From Paraspadella gotoi (Eukaryota; Animalia; Chaetognatha), in NCBI GenBank assembly GCA_051294375.1, contig CM119269.1:14767918-14831917 (forward strand): 64,000 nucleotides of DNA, read 5' to 3'. The notes under the pieces were generated by a model. It worked only from the letters and a program-made list of their open reading frames with translations. It did no database searches and was not told the origin of the DNA. Position 1 is the stretch's first letter, and each line of letters starts with the position of its first letter. Below are positions 1 to 14,300 of the stretch, piece after piece. Both the position numbers and the translations under genes were made by a program.

Positions 1-521
1 TTCCTACTACGTCACCCAACAAAGCATGCTCATGAAAAAATACGTTTCTCTCAAAAGATACGTTAACAACATGGTCTTAAAAACGGAATGGACTTACGAT
101 TGCTCAAAAATATTTTATTTCAAGGATTTTCCGTCAAAATCGTAATTGAAAATGACGTAAACACCGTTTACTCATACGACTAGAAATACTTATTTTTGTC
201 TTGTTCAGTCATAATAAATGGGTTATCAGCAGAATAGGTAGGAAGTCACAATAATTAATTTTGATATGAGGTCATTTAATGTCTATTCCGAATAATTCAC
301 TTTTCTTGTCGATTAATAAAAATAATTATGAAGTAAAAAAAAGTGCTTTTAACAATTATCTTTTAAGGCAAAATAATGTGAACTCGTCAGTCAAAATCGG
401 AATATATACCAGTTCATGGAATGTCTGGAGCGATAAAATATCATAACCAGGACTAGACAAAAATACCCCAGGAGACTAGTGTCTGTATTTTGACCGCAAA
501 ATAAAAATAGAAATTAAGGCA

Positions 522-3500
522 TCAATTGTTCGTGACTGTGTCTCGATCGACGGACGAGAAGAGCGGAAGGAGAGGATCCATGGGGGAAATGAGCGACGCC
601 GTCGTAAGCGCCGGCGTCGAAATGGAAGAGGATGGAACGAGGGAAGGTGCCGAAGACGACGCCGCGAAAGTAAGATTTGGAACCGCAAGAGGAACGACGG
701 GAGCCTCCGACGACCGACGCGGCGGCGCTGCAGCCGGAAAAGACGAAGACGAGGAACGAGAGGCGGCGCGCATCTGATCGGCAGCCATCGCTTCGGCCGG
801 AAGCGGCACCACCGGCGTCCGGACGGATTCATCTTGAAGGAACTTGACGAACATCTCGGAGAAAGAACCGTCCATGGTCGGGGGCGTGGGCTGCGAAGTC
901 GCGGTAGCCGCACCGACTATTCCGCCGAACTTTGAAGCCAGGCCGCCCATGAGGCCTGGACCGTCGACGACGCGGGCGGCCAGTTCCGTTTCCTCCGGAG
1001 AAAATTCCAAAACGGCGGCCAGAGGCGGGAGTACTTCTCTTTGGCGAACCCGGGGAGAACGGAGGAAGCCAAGGAAGAGGCTCTTCATCAGCATCTTGTC
1101 CACTTTGGCGTCCATTGATGCTTTGGATTCTCCTGTAAAAGGTTGAATTCGAATATTAAGAGTCAGTGGCCACGGCTTTTGTTTGGCATAACCCCCAAAA
1201 CAACATAAACTTCGCTACCGAGCGCATGAACGGTGGTCCGAAGTTGCCGATCTCTCTCCTCGAGGGTCGCCCTTAGTTCCGCCACGAGTCTCTCCTTCCG
1301 ATCGATTTGGTCGCCCAGACGGGCGGCCGCTTTGACGGCCGCTTCCAGCTCGGTGGTCTTTCGTCGCGCCGCCGCCAATTCCCGCCTGGAAGCATCTAAC
1401 TCGCTTTCCTTCTCCTCGAGACGAGATCGTGATTCCGCAGCCTTGGCCGCCACTGCCGCCTCCTTCTCGCGCTGAAACTGCTCTAGCACCATTTGCAGGT
1501 TGGCCACGGCGCGGGCGTACTGTTGGACGTTGGTCGTCATGGCAACGACTTCGGCGCGGGCGTCGTCGCGATCCTTGGCCAGGGCGAGTACTTCCTCGGA
1601 GAGCGCTTTTTCTTTACCCATCGACCGAGTTTCGAGATTGACCAGAGCGTTACTGATGGAAAAACGAAAATTAGATTTTAATTTTAATAACTGCTGCCTC
1701 AATTAAAAGCAAATCTTTCCAAACAACCCACCCAGATCTGTTAGCTCTCTCCAACGCGGCCTCTAGCCTCTCCTCGAGATCGGCCTCGCGCTGTTGCCAA
1801 GCAACTGAGTCGTGTTCGTGCACAGAGTGCAGTCGCAGTAGCTCTTCCTTGAAGCGGTCGTTGTCGCGGTTCAACTTCTCCGCATCAGAGTTGAGTTGAA
1901 CGACTTTGCGGAGGAGCTCTCGTTCAGAAGATTTCGCTGAAGATTTATATTTTAATTGTTTATATCATTAAATTGTTAATTGTTTTCGGTTTTGTTTCTT
2001 TCAAATGAGATTTAGTTACCCAATTTGAATATTGTAACAATTATAAATGGATGTATTTTATATTGGTTTTACCAATTTAAGTTTATAGAAGATAAATGAA
2101 ATCTCTCCACATACATATCCAACATCTTAATTCTTACCTTCGCTGAGTTTCGTCATTAAAGACTCCTTCTCCTTTATGACTTGCTCCGTCGCGCGTTTTT
2201 GACTTTCCAATAATCGCGAAAGTTCAACCACCGAATCGGAGGTGGAGTTATGGGAGTCTTCACTATTGCCTTCGGAGGGGACGTCGACGCCGTCCCCTTT
2301 CGACGTTCCCTTCGACGTCACGACGAGATTCAAAGTCTCCACCTCTCGCTGGAGGGCGTCGTTAGCCTCCTCGAGGCGACGAGTCGTCACAGCATAAGAA
2401 GCCGCCTCATCCTTTGTTTCGAGCAACTCGGCGGCCAGGCGGCGGAGATCATTTCGTAAGCGCTTAAATTTCAAATATAATTTTTGTGATCATTTTAAAT
2501 TATTCGACGATGAAAGTCGCATTGTATAACCCACCGTTTCTCTTTCCCGTTTTTCTTCGTTTTCGCTTTCCACCTCCGTTACGGCCTCGTCGCGCGCCGC
2601 CTTTTCAGCGAACTCTTCCCTCAATTTCCCCTCCCGCTCCAAACGGTCCTTCAAAGCCCGCGCTTTGTCCCGCTCCCGCTCTAAATCCCGCTCCTGCTCG
2701 GCGGCACGGAGACGGCACTCCTCCAGACGGGCAGCGACATCTTCTTTGGCCCCCACCTCCTTCTGATAGACGGTCATCAGCTTGGAAAGTTCCGAGTAAT
2801 AATTGACGCATTCGAGGTGCTTCTGCGTCAAGGCGGAAGTGAGCTGCTCACGCTCGGTTTGATGGGAGGCGATTTGCCTGGCCAGGAGAAGCTTCTCGTC
2901 GAGAAGAGTCTTGAAGGAAAGATTGTCCTTCTGGCCGTCGACGAGGGTGACGAGGGAATCGATTTTCTGTGAGAGAATTAAATTATAATTTTTAATCTTA
3001 TTCAGATATATATTCGATGCGGATACTATGTATATTTTGACGCTATTTTAACGAAATCTTTTTACTAACAAAGTGTATTACGATATACATACATCTGCTT
3101 TATTATTAAGATTTAGGTGATTAGCAAAATTATAAAAATATTTTCCCATTCTCACCTGGTTCAAGGCCCCGATAAGTACGTCTTTGTCCCTGACGATGGC
3201 ACTGAGCTTGTGACATGCAACCTTCGCCATGGCAACCTCGTCGCCTTCACCGCTCGATGTCTCGTTGAGAGTCTGCATCTGCAGATGAGCGTTGGCCTCG
3301 CGCTCCGCCGCCAACAACTTCAAGAGGCGATCCATTTCTTTTCTCTGCCAATCATTGGTGGGCGTGGCTTCGTCTTCAATTTCAATGGCTACCGAATCCT
3401 CTGAGCGAGGGGATTGTTCTCGAATCTCTTTGTTCTCCTCCTCTTCTCCTCCCATCTCTACGTCGCCCATTTCTTTCTCCAGTTTTCTCGATCTTTCTTC

Positions 3501-6500
3501 CGCCTCTCTCAACTTTTCCTCCCATTCTTTCTTCTCCCTGTCGTGTTCCATTATCTTCTTTTCCATTTCTGTGATCAGATCGAGAGTCTTGGTTTCCATT
3601 TTTTCGGCGTCGGTCATTCCATTCGCGTGTCCCGCAGGTTCGGAACGTTGCGTGGCTGAGCCGGCCTCATCCGGGCTTTGGCTGGAAGCTTGACGCAACG
3701 CCTCTACCTCGAGCCTCAAACGATCGCAGGCTTCGGTGACTTTTACAGTTTCGGCTTCGCTCCGGTCGAGGTCACGTCGCGTGGCGAGGACCTGCTGTTG
3801 CTCGCTACGTAACTGCTCCTCGAGGCGCTCCGTCATGCCACGCAGCCGACCTGCTTCCGTCAAAACGTCCTCGTAGTCTTCCTTCAGATCCTCTTTTTCC
3901 CTCTTTACTTCGTCGAGGGTGTCTTCTTTTTCCCGAATGATCTCGTCGATCTTGCTCTGACCCTCGACAAGCGTTTCCATCATGCGGCGACTCTCCTATC
4001 GAATATGGACAATTTGTAGAAAACGGCATCATCTCGGGTTAAAGGACGCGACTTACTTGTGCATCGTTACGCAAACTTTCGATTCGTTCAGCGGATTTGG
4101 CCAACTCCTTGTCCTTTTCGTGGATGTCCTTGACGAGCAACTCGAGGCGCCGTTTTAAGGCGTCGCCTTCTTCCTCACCCACTTTTCCCAAATCACTGAG
4201 AATTGAGAAGCAAAGACTTAAATCGTTGGTTCCCCGAGGAAACTGATTCTCTGTCGCGATCTATCGGACAAGCCGAAACAAAAGTGCAATGTGACAGGGT
4301 GGGCCGCTCAAGAAAATTCCGAGCAGAATTGAAACTATCGTAACATTAAAATAATAAATTATGTAACCAACCTGATCGTCTTCTCGTACTCTCTCTTCTC
4401 CTTGGAGTGTCGCCTCTCCATGTCGTCCATTTCCTCCTCCAGTTGTTTCTTCTCCTCCTTCAACACCTCCACCATCGTGGCCAACCTCTCCGCCTCTTCG
4501 CTCCTCTGTGACTCCAACTGCGACGTTTCCAGTCGAAGTTGAAGCGTCTCGATCTCCAGCGACAGTTCCCCTTTTTCCCTCAGCATCTCGTGAGCCTCCG
4601 TCCGGAAAGAACTGATCTTGGCCTCCAGGTCGTCGGAGCGTTCCACCTCCGCCACGAGCTGTACCTCAGTTTCTCGCAGTCTTGAATTGGTCGTCCGCAG
4701 CTGCTCTACGATCTTTTTATTTTCTTCGTTTGCCGCTGCCAACTCGCGTTGATGCTGATCGGAGACTTCCCGAGCGTCTCGAAGTGCGGAGGCATCTTCC
4801 TCCTTCGACGCGGCTAATTTGGCGCGAAGATCATCCATCTCTTCGAGCGCCGTCGCCAATCTTGTCTTCGACTGCGCCTCGACATCGGCCCGTTCCGATC
4901 GCTCTGCAGCCAACTCTCCCTCAAGAGACCGCGCCAACTTTCGCGACTCTTCCAATTCCTTCCCGCTTTTCTCTAGCTCTCCCTTCATCTCCGCCACCCG
5001 AACGTCGGCGCGAGTCTTGTCCGCCTCGAGATCGGCGATGGCTTCGGCGTCAGACTCCGCGCGCCGATCGAGTTCTTCCTCTCTCGCGCGGAGACGACGA
5101 AGGGCCGCTTCGTGATCCGAAGTCTCCGTCGCCAATGATTCGAGATCTTTACGCTTTCGTCTTTCTTTTTCCAACTCCTCTTCAGTTTTCAACAACAAAT
5201 TTTCTAGTTCTTCTCTTCGATTTAGTTCATTCTGTTCTTTATTACGAATCTCCTTTAATCTTTCCGCGATTTGATTCTTGAGCTTCAGCATCTCATATTC
5301 GAAGCTCGAGGTTTCGTCTCTGTCATTCATTTTTTCTTCACCATCGTTTTGAGGTATGAGTTCGACGCGGATGTCTTCCATAAGTTTTCTACATTCCATT
5401 TCCATTTTTTCTAGTTTCTCTTTCTCAGATTCGAGTCTCTCTTCCAAATCTCGACGATTACTTTCGATGTCTTCGATGGTTTTCTGTTGTTCAGCTAAAT
5501 GCACCTTCGAATCACTTTCGGCGATCTTCGCCGTCGACTCCAACTCGAGTCGCTTTTCAATCTCTGTCTCCAACTCATGCGATTTTAAACTCAGATTTTC
5601 TTTCAAACCCGTCAAGGTTTCTTGAAACATCTTTTCTTTGTTCGTCCATCTTTGTTTCACTTCCCGTATAACATCCATTAACTCTTTGGTGTTTTCTATG
5701 ATATTTTGTTCTCGAATATTACTCTTTTCATCTTCGTCCAAATTATCACGCATCGCTCGTATAATCTCCATCAGATACTTTTCCTTTTCATCATTTTCTT
5801 TGGAGATCCTTTGATGCTCCACACATCGGCTCTTCAACTCGCTCAACTCCATCTTAAGTTGCTCCATTTCCATATTTGCTGATCGCTCTTTCGACGTCAC
5901 GGTTTCCCTTTCCTTGGTCCACTCTTCCCTCTCCCTGCTCCAATCTTCCCGCTCAAACTCCAGCACTCCGACTTCTTCCTTGACCAGGGCGAGGTCGTCT
6001 TTGAGCTGCGCCTTTTCCTCCTTAAGGATTTCGATCTCCTCCCTTTTTCGCTCAAACTCCTCGTCCATCTTCCGATTTCCGCGCGTCAATTCCTCCATCT
6101 CGGTCGTCTTCTCTTCCACGACCCGCTTCAGCGCCTCGATTCTCTCGCGTCTATCCTCCAACTGATCTTCCAGCAGGTTTCGTTCTGCTTCCAGCTGCTT
6201 GTTGGCCTCAAGGAGTTTTTCTACCTGAAAATAGAAATGATGTTAAATAAAAAATAAAATTAATAATTAGATATTAGCATCCTAATTACAACACACCTGC
6301 GCTTCCCAGACTTCCACTAAATCTTTCTCCCCGCCGTCGGAAGTCTCGGCGCTGTCCTCGTCGGTTGACTGGGGTTTGGCCGCGACGCCGAAAAGGTTAT
6401 CGTCCTCGAAGCCTCCGATCAACTCGACGCTTTTTCTTCCGTCTTCGGGAGAAGTTTTTACCAGCGTCATCGTCGACGCGCTCCTTTCGTCTCCGTCGAA

Positions 6501-7789
6501 TGTTGATGAGCTCAAAGTGACGAATCCACCGCCGTTGCTGCGTTCATTCGCGTCGCTGCTCGGCTGCTGGAGCCGTAGCTGCCGCTCGAGCTGCGCAACC
6601 CTGTCACGGAGCTGGCTGACGAGCGTATCATCGCTCTGCGCGGAGAGAATTTCAGCATTTTGGTCAACAGGAGAGGCAGTGGACGGGCTGATTGATGAGG
6701 CGAGGGGAGTTTTATCCTTGTCGAACGATTCCACTGAAGACGACGGTTGCGGAGAGGAAATCTCTTCCGCCGCGACGAGCGATACAGAAGAATAAATCGA
6801 CGAATCGGGTCTTAAATCGACGGATGAATATACGGAAGAGGAGTTCGGATGTAATTCCTCCAACGGTTCGAGTCGAAGGGACTCCTCCATTTGAGGCGGG
6901 GTGATAAGAGTTCGGCTGCCGTTGACGAAAGAAAAAGAAGAAGACGGAGGGTTGATAGGAATAAATTCTTCGGACGGACCTCTCGACCATAACCGTTCTT
7001 CGAGAGAAGTTATCTTTTTCGAGTAGACGTCCTGTAAAATAAATGATTAAGGACAGCTATATACTTAAATAACAAATAAAAAAACCGAAAAATTTGAAAA
7101 AAAAAACAAAAAAAACTTCGGTCGCTGACTTGAAGAGCGACGAGTTCCGACTGGTGATCGTCTTTGGCTTGTTGGACACTGCGTTCTGCTTCAGCCAGTC
7201 GCCGTCGCAGTTCTTGTATCTCGGATGCATTGACGTCGTCTGACACCGAAACGGACGACGAGGATCGCAATGTAACGAGCTCCGCCTCCAAAGCGCCAAC
7301 GCGGTCAACCTCGGAGAGAATTAAGGTTACAAACCAAATAAATCAAAATAGAAAAAAACGTAAACGTACATTTCGCTCAGCCTCGTCCCTCGCCTGCTCC
7401 CGCTCGCTCTCCAAAGTCGAACGCAGTTCGTTAAATATCCGCTCTGCTTCTTCCGCATTCAGCTGAGTTCGTCTCGCCTGTTGTTCGAACCGCTCCCGTT
7501 CGCTGCGTTCTTCTTGTCGCGAATCGTCCAAACGCCGATTCTCTTCCTCCAAACGCTTCACTTCGGTTCGGAGTCGCGACGCCTCCATTCGCAGGTGGTT
7601 GACGAGGCGTTGCTGGTCGCTCATGTCATCGACTTCTTTGGAATCGTTCGGCGCCAAGAGCTCGTTATCCACGGATTCTGTCCCCTCTTGAAGGACATCC
7701 TTGGTCAAATCAGTCAACTGTCCCGAGATGTTTGAAAGGGTGGAAGCGAAACCAGTCTTGGCCGCGGAAAAAGAGTTCAGCCAGGACAT
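522..7789 (-). CDS. TRIP11: Golgin GMAP-210 / TRIP11 orthologue (multi-exon, coiled-coil)
   Basis: N-terminal amphipathic ALPS-like segment MSWLNSFSAAKTGFASTLSNISGQLTDLTKDVLQEG, then long E/K/R-rich coiled coils (ORFs 4359-6161, 3078-3983). C-terminal GRAB-like KVDKMLMKSLFLGFL...EVL..LAAVLEFSPEE and GA1-like SFSEMFVKFLQDES. Exons join through phase-consistent GT-AG introns (e.g. 7310-7369, 7032-7129, 6225-6296, 1133-1218). Confidence 0.88.
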
Positions 7790-8307
7790 TTTCGTAGTTG
7801 TACGTAGTTTGTAGTTGTACGTAGACTTTTGAATTTATTCAATAAATGTTTTGGTATCCATAGTACAAAAGGTAACTTTTTTAGCTAATGAGATTTATGT
7901 AACAGGTTTCTGGCTCAAATAACAAATTCAATTTAAATTGACGTCAGAATAACAAAGGCATAATGTTAAATTTTGAATAATAATTGTATTCGGTTCGACC
8001 ATGGTCAATATATAATCGAGGCATAAGATAGCAGCCTAAAAATCCCTGAGAACCACGATAATGCATAACTTCATGTCATTTTTAGAAAGTTAAAACAATC
8101 TAATTAAGTAGTCGTATCACTCAAAAATTGTAGAAATGCAGACAATCTATAAATTGATTGTCCGATGACTGGAACAGACCTCAGTCATTTGATGTCCTTC
8201 GTCACAAAGACTGAGGTCAATTCGAGTCACCAGAATTGGTCATTAAAAATGTTAAGATCCGTCGCGATGATCATAAAAAAGCGAAAAATTCAAAAACTCG
8301 AGGCGTT

Positions 8308-11300
8308 TCACGACTTTTCTGGCTTTGACGCCTCCCCGTCTCCACCTCGGTTCGACTCCTTCATCTCCGCCGCCTGCTCCTCCAGCGCTTCCACCATGTT
8401 GTTTAAAATCATTTTCGCGGATTCGATCAAGTTTTCCGCCTGATATAATTTTCAAGGTCGTCGATTTGTTTAATTCGGTTTGGATCGAAATTTAACCAAG
8501 GATCGAGTTACGAACCTGTTTCCTGGGCAAATATCGCACGGCAGACATTAGCTGACTCGGGTCGGCCTGAGCCACGTCCGCGATTTTTTTGTAGTTGGCC
8601 GACGAAAGTTGTTTCGCGCGAGCGATCTTTACACCTGAAGCGAGGGATAGGAAAAGCTCAAATTAACTGAAGCACTCCTGTACCGGAAAAATGCGATGTA
8701 CCAGGAATCTCCATTAGGTGGTTGAGCTCTGGGTTCGAACATTGATTTAATTTCGGGATGAAGTTTCTGAAAAGGAGAGGATACGCCCAAAACTCTTGCA
8801 ACTCTTCTGAGAAATGTAAGACGCAAACGGAGAACGCGGAAGCCCTACAATTAAATTGCGAGAAAAAATAATGCGGTGATTAATTAGCGACCACGCGAAC
8901 ATCTAAAATATTTCTTGCTATTTGATATCAGATTTCATTTTCTCCTCTTCTCGACATTCGTTAACAAAAACGTAGCCAAAAAAAGTTCTCTTTTACTTTT
9001 TATGTATTTTTCAAAAGGCTAAAGTCCGATATTTCTGGTGTGTAAAAAAGAAAAAAAAATCAGAAATCGTTGTTTACAGTTGGTAAAACGTAGTAAATAC
9101 GGATAAAAATAACATTTTTTTCAAGGAAAAGCCTGAATTATTAAACTATATATTGAACGAATCAAGATATTAAATCTCCGGCCTTTCTTAACAACCTGTT
9201 TAGAAGGTTCTGTATAAATCCCCTATCGAGTTTAAACTTGGCCGCGACTTGCCACACCGTCTTCTCGGCGAGCAGCTCGCGCAGGACAAGGGTGAGGTAA
9301 AAGCGAGCAACGACGAATTCGTCGACGGGTCCGCCGCGCGACTTGACTCGCGTCACGCCACGGGCGCGCATCGCTAAATAGGATTCGCGGACGCCTTTGG
9401 GGGGGGGGGAAGAAGGGATATCCATCAATCCAAACAGTCACTAAAATCAATAAGAATAATCTCTTACCGATAAGCTCAGCGGCGTTGACTTCGACTTCAT
9501 CCAGTTGGCTGACAGTATCGAAGTAAGTCATCCACTGAGGCTTAATATCCGCGACCGCGTCGTAGGGCGTCACCAAGTACAAAAGGTGTAAGTTGCATTC
9601 AAGGTTGAGGTGCTGTAGTAAAATACATCCGTTCTTACCAAATCACATTTTATTTTTTATTTTTTTATCGCGAAAAAACGCGGTCGTTCCAAATCTCACA
9701 AAAACTAACTATTCCGTCGATTTGTACCTGGGTTACCTGCAGATTGGCCTTTAGATCGTCGTAAAGTCGCTGAGCCCAATCGAGGTCGACCCCGCCCTTA
9801 TAAGCCGCGCGCCCGACGATAGTCGCCCGGAGGAAGCATCCATGAAGGTCGGCCACCAAACGGCGGGAATGGGAGTGAGTTTGGGGTGCGACGACGAAGA
9901 GAGGAGAAGCGACGGACAAAGTCTTGGAATCGACCGGAGATTCCGAGGAAGCGAAAGGGGCGACTCGCGGTAGATTCAAATCTTGACTGTCAAGCTCTTC
10001 TTCGAGTCGGCAGCGGCAAAGAAGTCGGTTTTGAACTAACTCCTACGCGTCAGTAATAAATTTTTACTTGGTACCGTGAATTTAACCGCTACTTCGAAAG
10101 TAACAACTTTCCAACAGCTCACCTGGATGGCGTTGGCAGCCAGTTTGACCACGTCCACGCCAAGACGCTCTCTTTGAACATAGAGAAGCGTTTTGCCCAG
10201 GAAGCCCTCGACGTCTGTAACGGAAGAGGCGATGCCGAGTCCCACGCAAGATAAGATCATTTGCTTTAGGCTCTGTAAATAAATTTAGGTCTATTAAATA
10301 ATTATTTCAACCAACACATCCTTTCAATTAAAATCCAAATAAACCTTGCTCGATTCCGTCCCAACTTTTCCATTGTTTTCTTTCGAGCTTTCGCGCAGAA
10401 CACTTGCAAGGCTGCTGATGCACGCGTCGCAGGAACCAGATACGATGTCCGAGATTTTCGCCTGTTCCTCGGGTTTAACAATTAAGTAACTTTCGCCTGG
10501 AGTAAAAGAATCGCTGTCGGTTTACATATTTGGGAAAGAGAAAAATAAGCTACAAGTGTTTTTAGAATAATAATGTAAATTAAGTCGTGCAATTTCCAAA
10601 ACTAAAATGATAGCAAATTCATACCTTGAACTAGGTAAAAATATGTAACAGGAAAAAATATTTGTTCATAAACTATAGATCATTGAAAAAGGTAAAGGAG
10701 AGACTCACCCGAATCATCGATGCCAGCTCTGCCAGCTCTTCCGACCATCTGCTTGTATCTACTCCTCGACATCAGAGAAAGACCAATATACGGAGATCTG
10801 AAAAGCCAAAAAAACCACAAATTAGGGATACGATCTAACAATCTTTCAATTAAGCTTCAAGAAAACGAGCCTGAGAATAACCCGTTTAGCGGGCAAGTTA
10901 ACCCCGGCGGCCAGCGTCGAGGTGCAAGTCAAGAGGCAGAGCACGCCGCTACAATACGCCTCTTCTATCAGACGCCGCTCATCGGTTGTCAAGCCGCTGT
11001 AAATGAGTCAAAGAATAACTATTAACATTGAATTATAATAGTAAATACGTAAATTTCAATCCAAACCTATGATGATAAGCGACGCCGTAAGGAAGCGTCT
11101 TGGCGAGGGTGGGACATACTCCGCCAGGAGTTTCGATGAGCAGCGTTTCGTAAAGAGTTCGTCTTTCCGATTCGCGGTTGCGACGAAGTTTTTCTGCAAT
11201 AAACATTAAACAAATTTTCATATGACACTTAAAAATAAAACGACGCCTAACAAACTTACCGGGCATGTGACGACAAAGCATCTCGGCGACGTTCTCGCAA

Positions 11301-14300
11301 TTTTTCTTCGACGCGCAAAACACGAGACAAGATTTTTCTGGAATGACTTCTGAAACGAGACCTAAGGTGAGACAAGTTTCATAATACATACATAAAATAA
11401 TACAAACATCAGATAATTGCCCTCGTTTCCCCAATGTCGTGAAAAATTTACCAATCAAATGGTCCGGATCCTGCTTCTCCAAAACTTTATTGTAAGGGAA
11501 CGTGATGAACCGGTCATGCCGAAGTTTCTCTTTGGTAAGAACGACGGCGTCAACGGAAGCGTTAGACGATTTTTCCACAGAGAACACGCTCGATCCCACC
11601 TTGACGAACTCCCGTAGTTCGACTGGGCTAAAAATAGAACCAATCGGAAAATTTACAGTATGCTGCGGAGATTTGTTTAAAATTAGTAGATAGATATCGC
11701 CCTCACCGGAAGTCGTTCTCGTACACTTGCGCACCGAGGAACGACTTCAGATCTGAAACGTTGCTGAGCGTCGCGGACATGCCGACTATCTGCGCGTCCG
11801 GACAGCAGCTCAGCACCTTCGTCAGCGTCGTCTCCAGTAGGGCGCCGCGGCTGGTGCCATCGCCGATCATGTGGAGTTCGTCTACGACGAATAAACTGAG
11901 AAAGACGATTTCTACCATAATGTTTCATCGGGAAAAATGCGGTCAGACTCGCTGAGTTTACCCGATTTCGTTCTGACGTTGTCCGTTTTCGATGAGAGAG
12001 TTGATCAGTGACGCCGCTTTTTCTATGGTGCAAACAAAGACCGAGTTTCTCTTTCGTTTCTTTCGAGGGGGGAACGCTCCCTTGGCTCCGGCGTATTCTT
12101 CAACAGAGAAACCTGATAGATGACGGGAGAGTGTGGAAGTGATTCGATGAATAGATAATCGTTGTTGCTTAAAAAATTTTCAATGGCATTTTTTTTCATA
12201 TAGGTTGGACTGAGATTTGAATGCTGAGCTAACAAAAGAGAAAAAAAAAAGAACGTTATAGCGGTCTATAACAATCACAACAACAACAACAACTACTTTA
12301 CCGCTCGACCACCAAACAACCACATAACCGTTTTTCGTTCTTCCTTCACAACAAAGGATTTTCTATTCAAAACAAAACGCGATGAAATTAAATCGTTTTT
12401 AGTTCTTACCCAACTGAACGGCGAAAGGGGCGAGGCCCCTGACTTTCTCCTGGACGATGGCGACGTAGGGCAAGACGAAGGCAGCGTCGCGTCGCTGAAG
12501 GAGAATCTCGCGCAGCATCAGAATCTCCGCCACCAGGGTCTTTCCGCCGGATGTCGGCAAACTGAGATAAATTGTCAGCGAGGGATGTTATCATAGTCTC
12601 TCTCTCAATATATATATTATATATATATATACATTAGGCCGGAACAGGTTGAAAACTCGAAGGTCTCTCAAATAAATAATGGTTTAGTGACTGAGAGAAT
12701 ATGAAAATGAAAATAATTTTTAAAATTTATCTTATTATATATTATATTATATATAAAGATTATTTTATTACTATATAAAGTTTAAAATTTTTTGTTGTAT
12801 TGATGAAAAATTTAAAAAACCATAAAATTCAGCCAATGATGATTTTTTAAGGTTTTTCTTATTTTTAACCAATTTATTGTCAAAATTTTAAAAAATTGTA
12901 GTATTAACTTTTTAGGCTCTATAGGAAACCGTTCTTTAAAAAATAATATTTAAAAAAAAAATTTTGTCCTTTCTTATATGAAATTGGTACAACCAATATA
13001 TATATTAATAAATATTTAAAAGCTTCCGAGCAACAAACCAATGAACTAATTCGAAAAGTTGCATTGAAAATCGATTTAGTAATAGAAGGAAAAAAGAAGT
13101 TTTGGCCCGCCTTAATATATATATATAAATTATATATATCTCACTTACCTGTATATAAGATTTTGTCTCCGTGCGACGGATTCTAGAGTAAGGCACTCTT
13201 CTTGCCACTTGTAAAGACTGGAAATGTTCCGTTGATTGGCGAAGATGTTTTTAACTCGGATGGGAAGCCCGAAAAACGGACCAGTTTCCGGTTCCCTCGC
13301 CAGGGACTCCTTTAACTCTTCCTTGGCTTCTTCGGCAAACTAAAATATATCATTTATAACGTTATAATTAGCCATAGCCGATGAAATTTAAATGCTAATG
13401 TATACAACGTTAAAATAATCTATCATGAGCATAGATTATGGTATTAAAATATTTTGTATAAAAAAGTTTTCTTCTTAGGGTACTATTATATTACTTTATA
13501 GATTTTTTTTGTCTTAAAATTTTTGGATTGATTATGATAGAGCATAAAAAGTTAAACAAGAAATATAATTACAGCTTTAAAAAATTCTTACGTTTTTTAA
13601 GAGACAATGTAAAAAAACTGATTAAATCATCGAAAGATAATAATGATGATAATAACAATTTTTTATAGTTTTTCCTATTTTTGACTTATTTATCATAAAA
13701 ATATTTAAAAAAGAATTATATTATGTACAGACAATTTTTTATGAGCTATCTGAATCTGGTCTTAAAATAAAAAAATTTAAAAAATTCTTTGTCCTTTCCT
13801 ATCTATAAATAAATATTAAAAAATTAATTACTAGAGTATAGAGCCATATAAGAAATTTTTTGTCCATTAAAAGAATACTAAAAAATTTATAAATTTTCGT
13901 TTAAGCATGTACTCATTCCAATTTTTAACTCGCCCATAATATTAATTGCTTTCGATTTAGCCTATTGGTAAGGTTTCCGTTCTACAGACTTTTTGCCCAT
14001 TAAGAGACTTCGATCCTTTTCTCTTTATTCCCATCATTACTAAGAATTTCTTTCGCCTTGTTGGACTCAAATTCTTGAAGAATAACTGAAACTGTCAAAC
14101 GTCTCCTATTTGTGGCTTGTTTAATAAAAATTGGTTTATACTCTAATTAATTTTAATTATCATTACGTATTAATTTATATTAACACCTTTCCTTTTATAC
14201 AAATCACGTGATATTATTATAATAGACAGTGTCGTTTCCAATCCGTTAAGTTGTTTTAAGTCATTTTATAATAAGCCCGCTCTTGATCGTTTGATTAGTG

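Noticed and set aside
526-7735. Many plus-strand ORFs (S/R-rich) overlapping TRIP11, and similar ones over other genes
   Set aside because: They are antisense or alternate-frame shadows of GC-rich exons and show no independent motifs.
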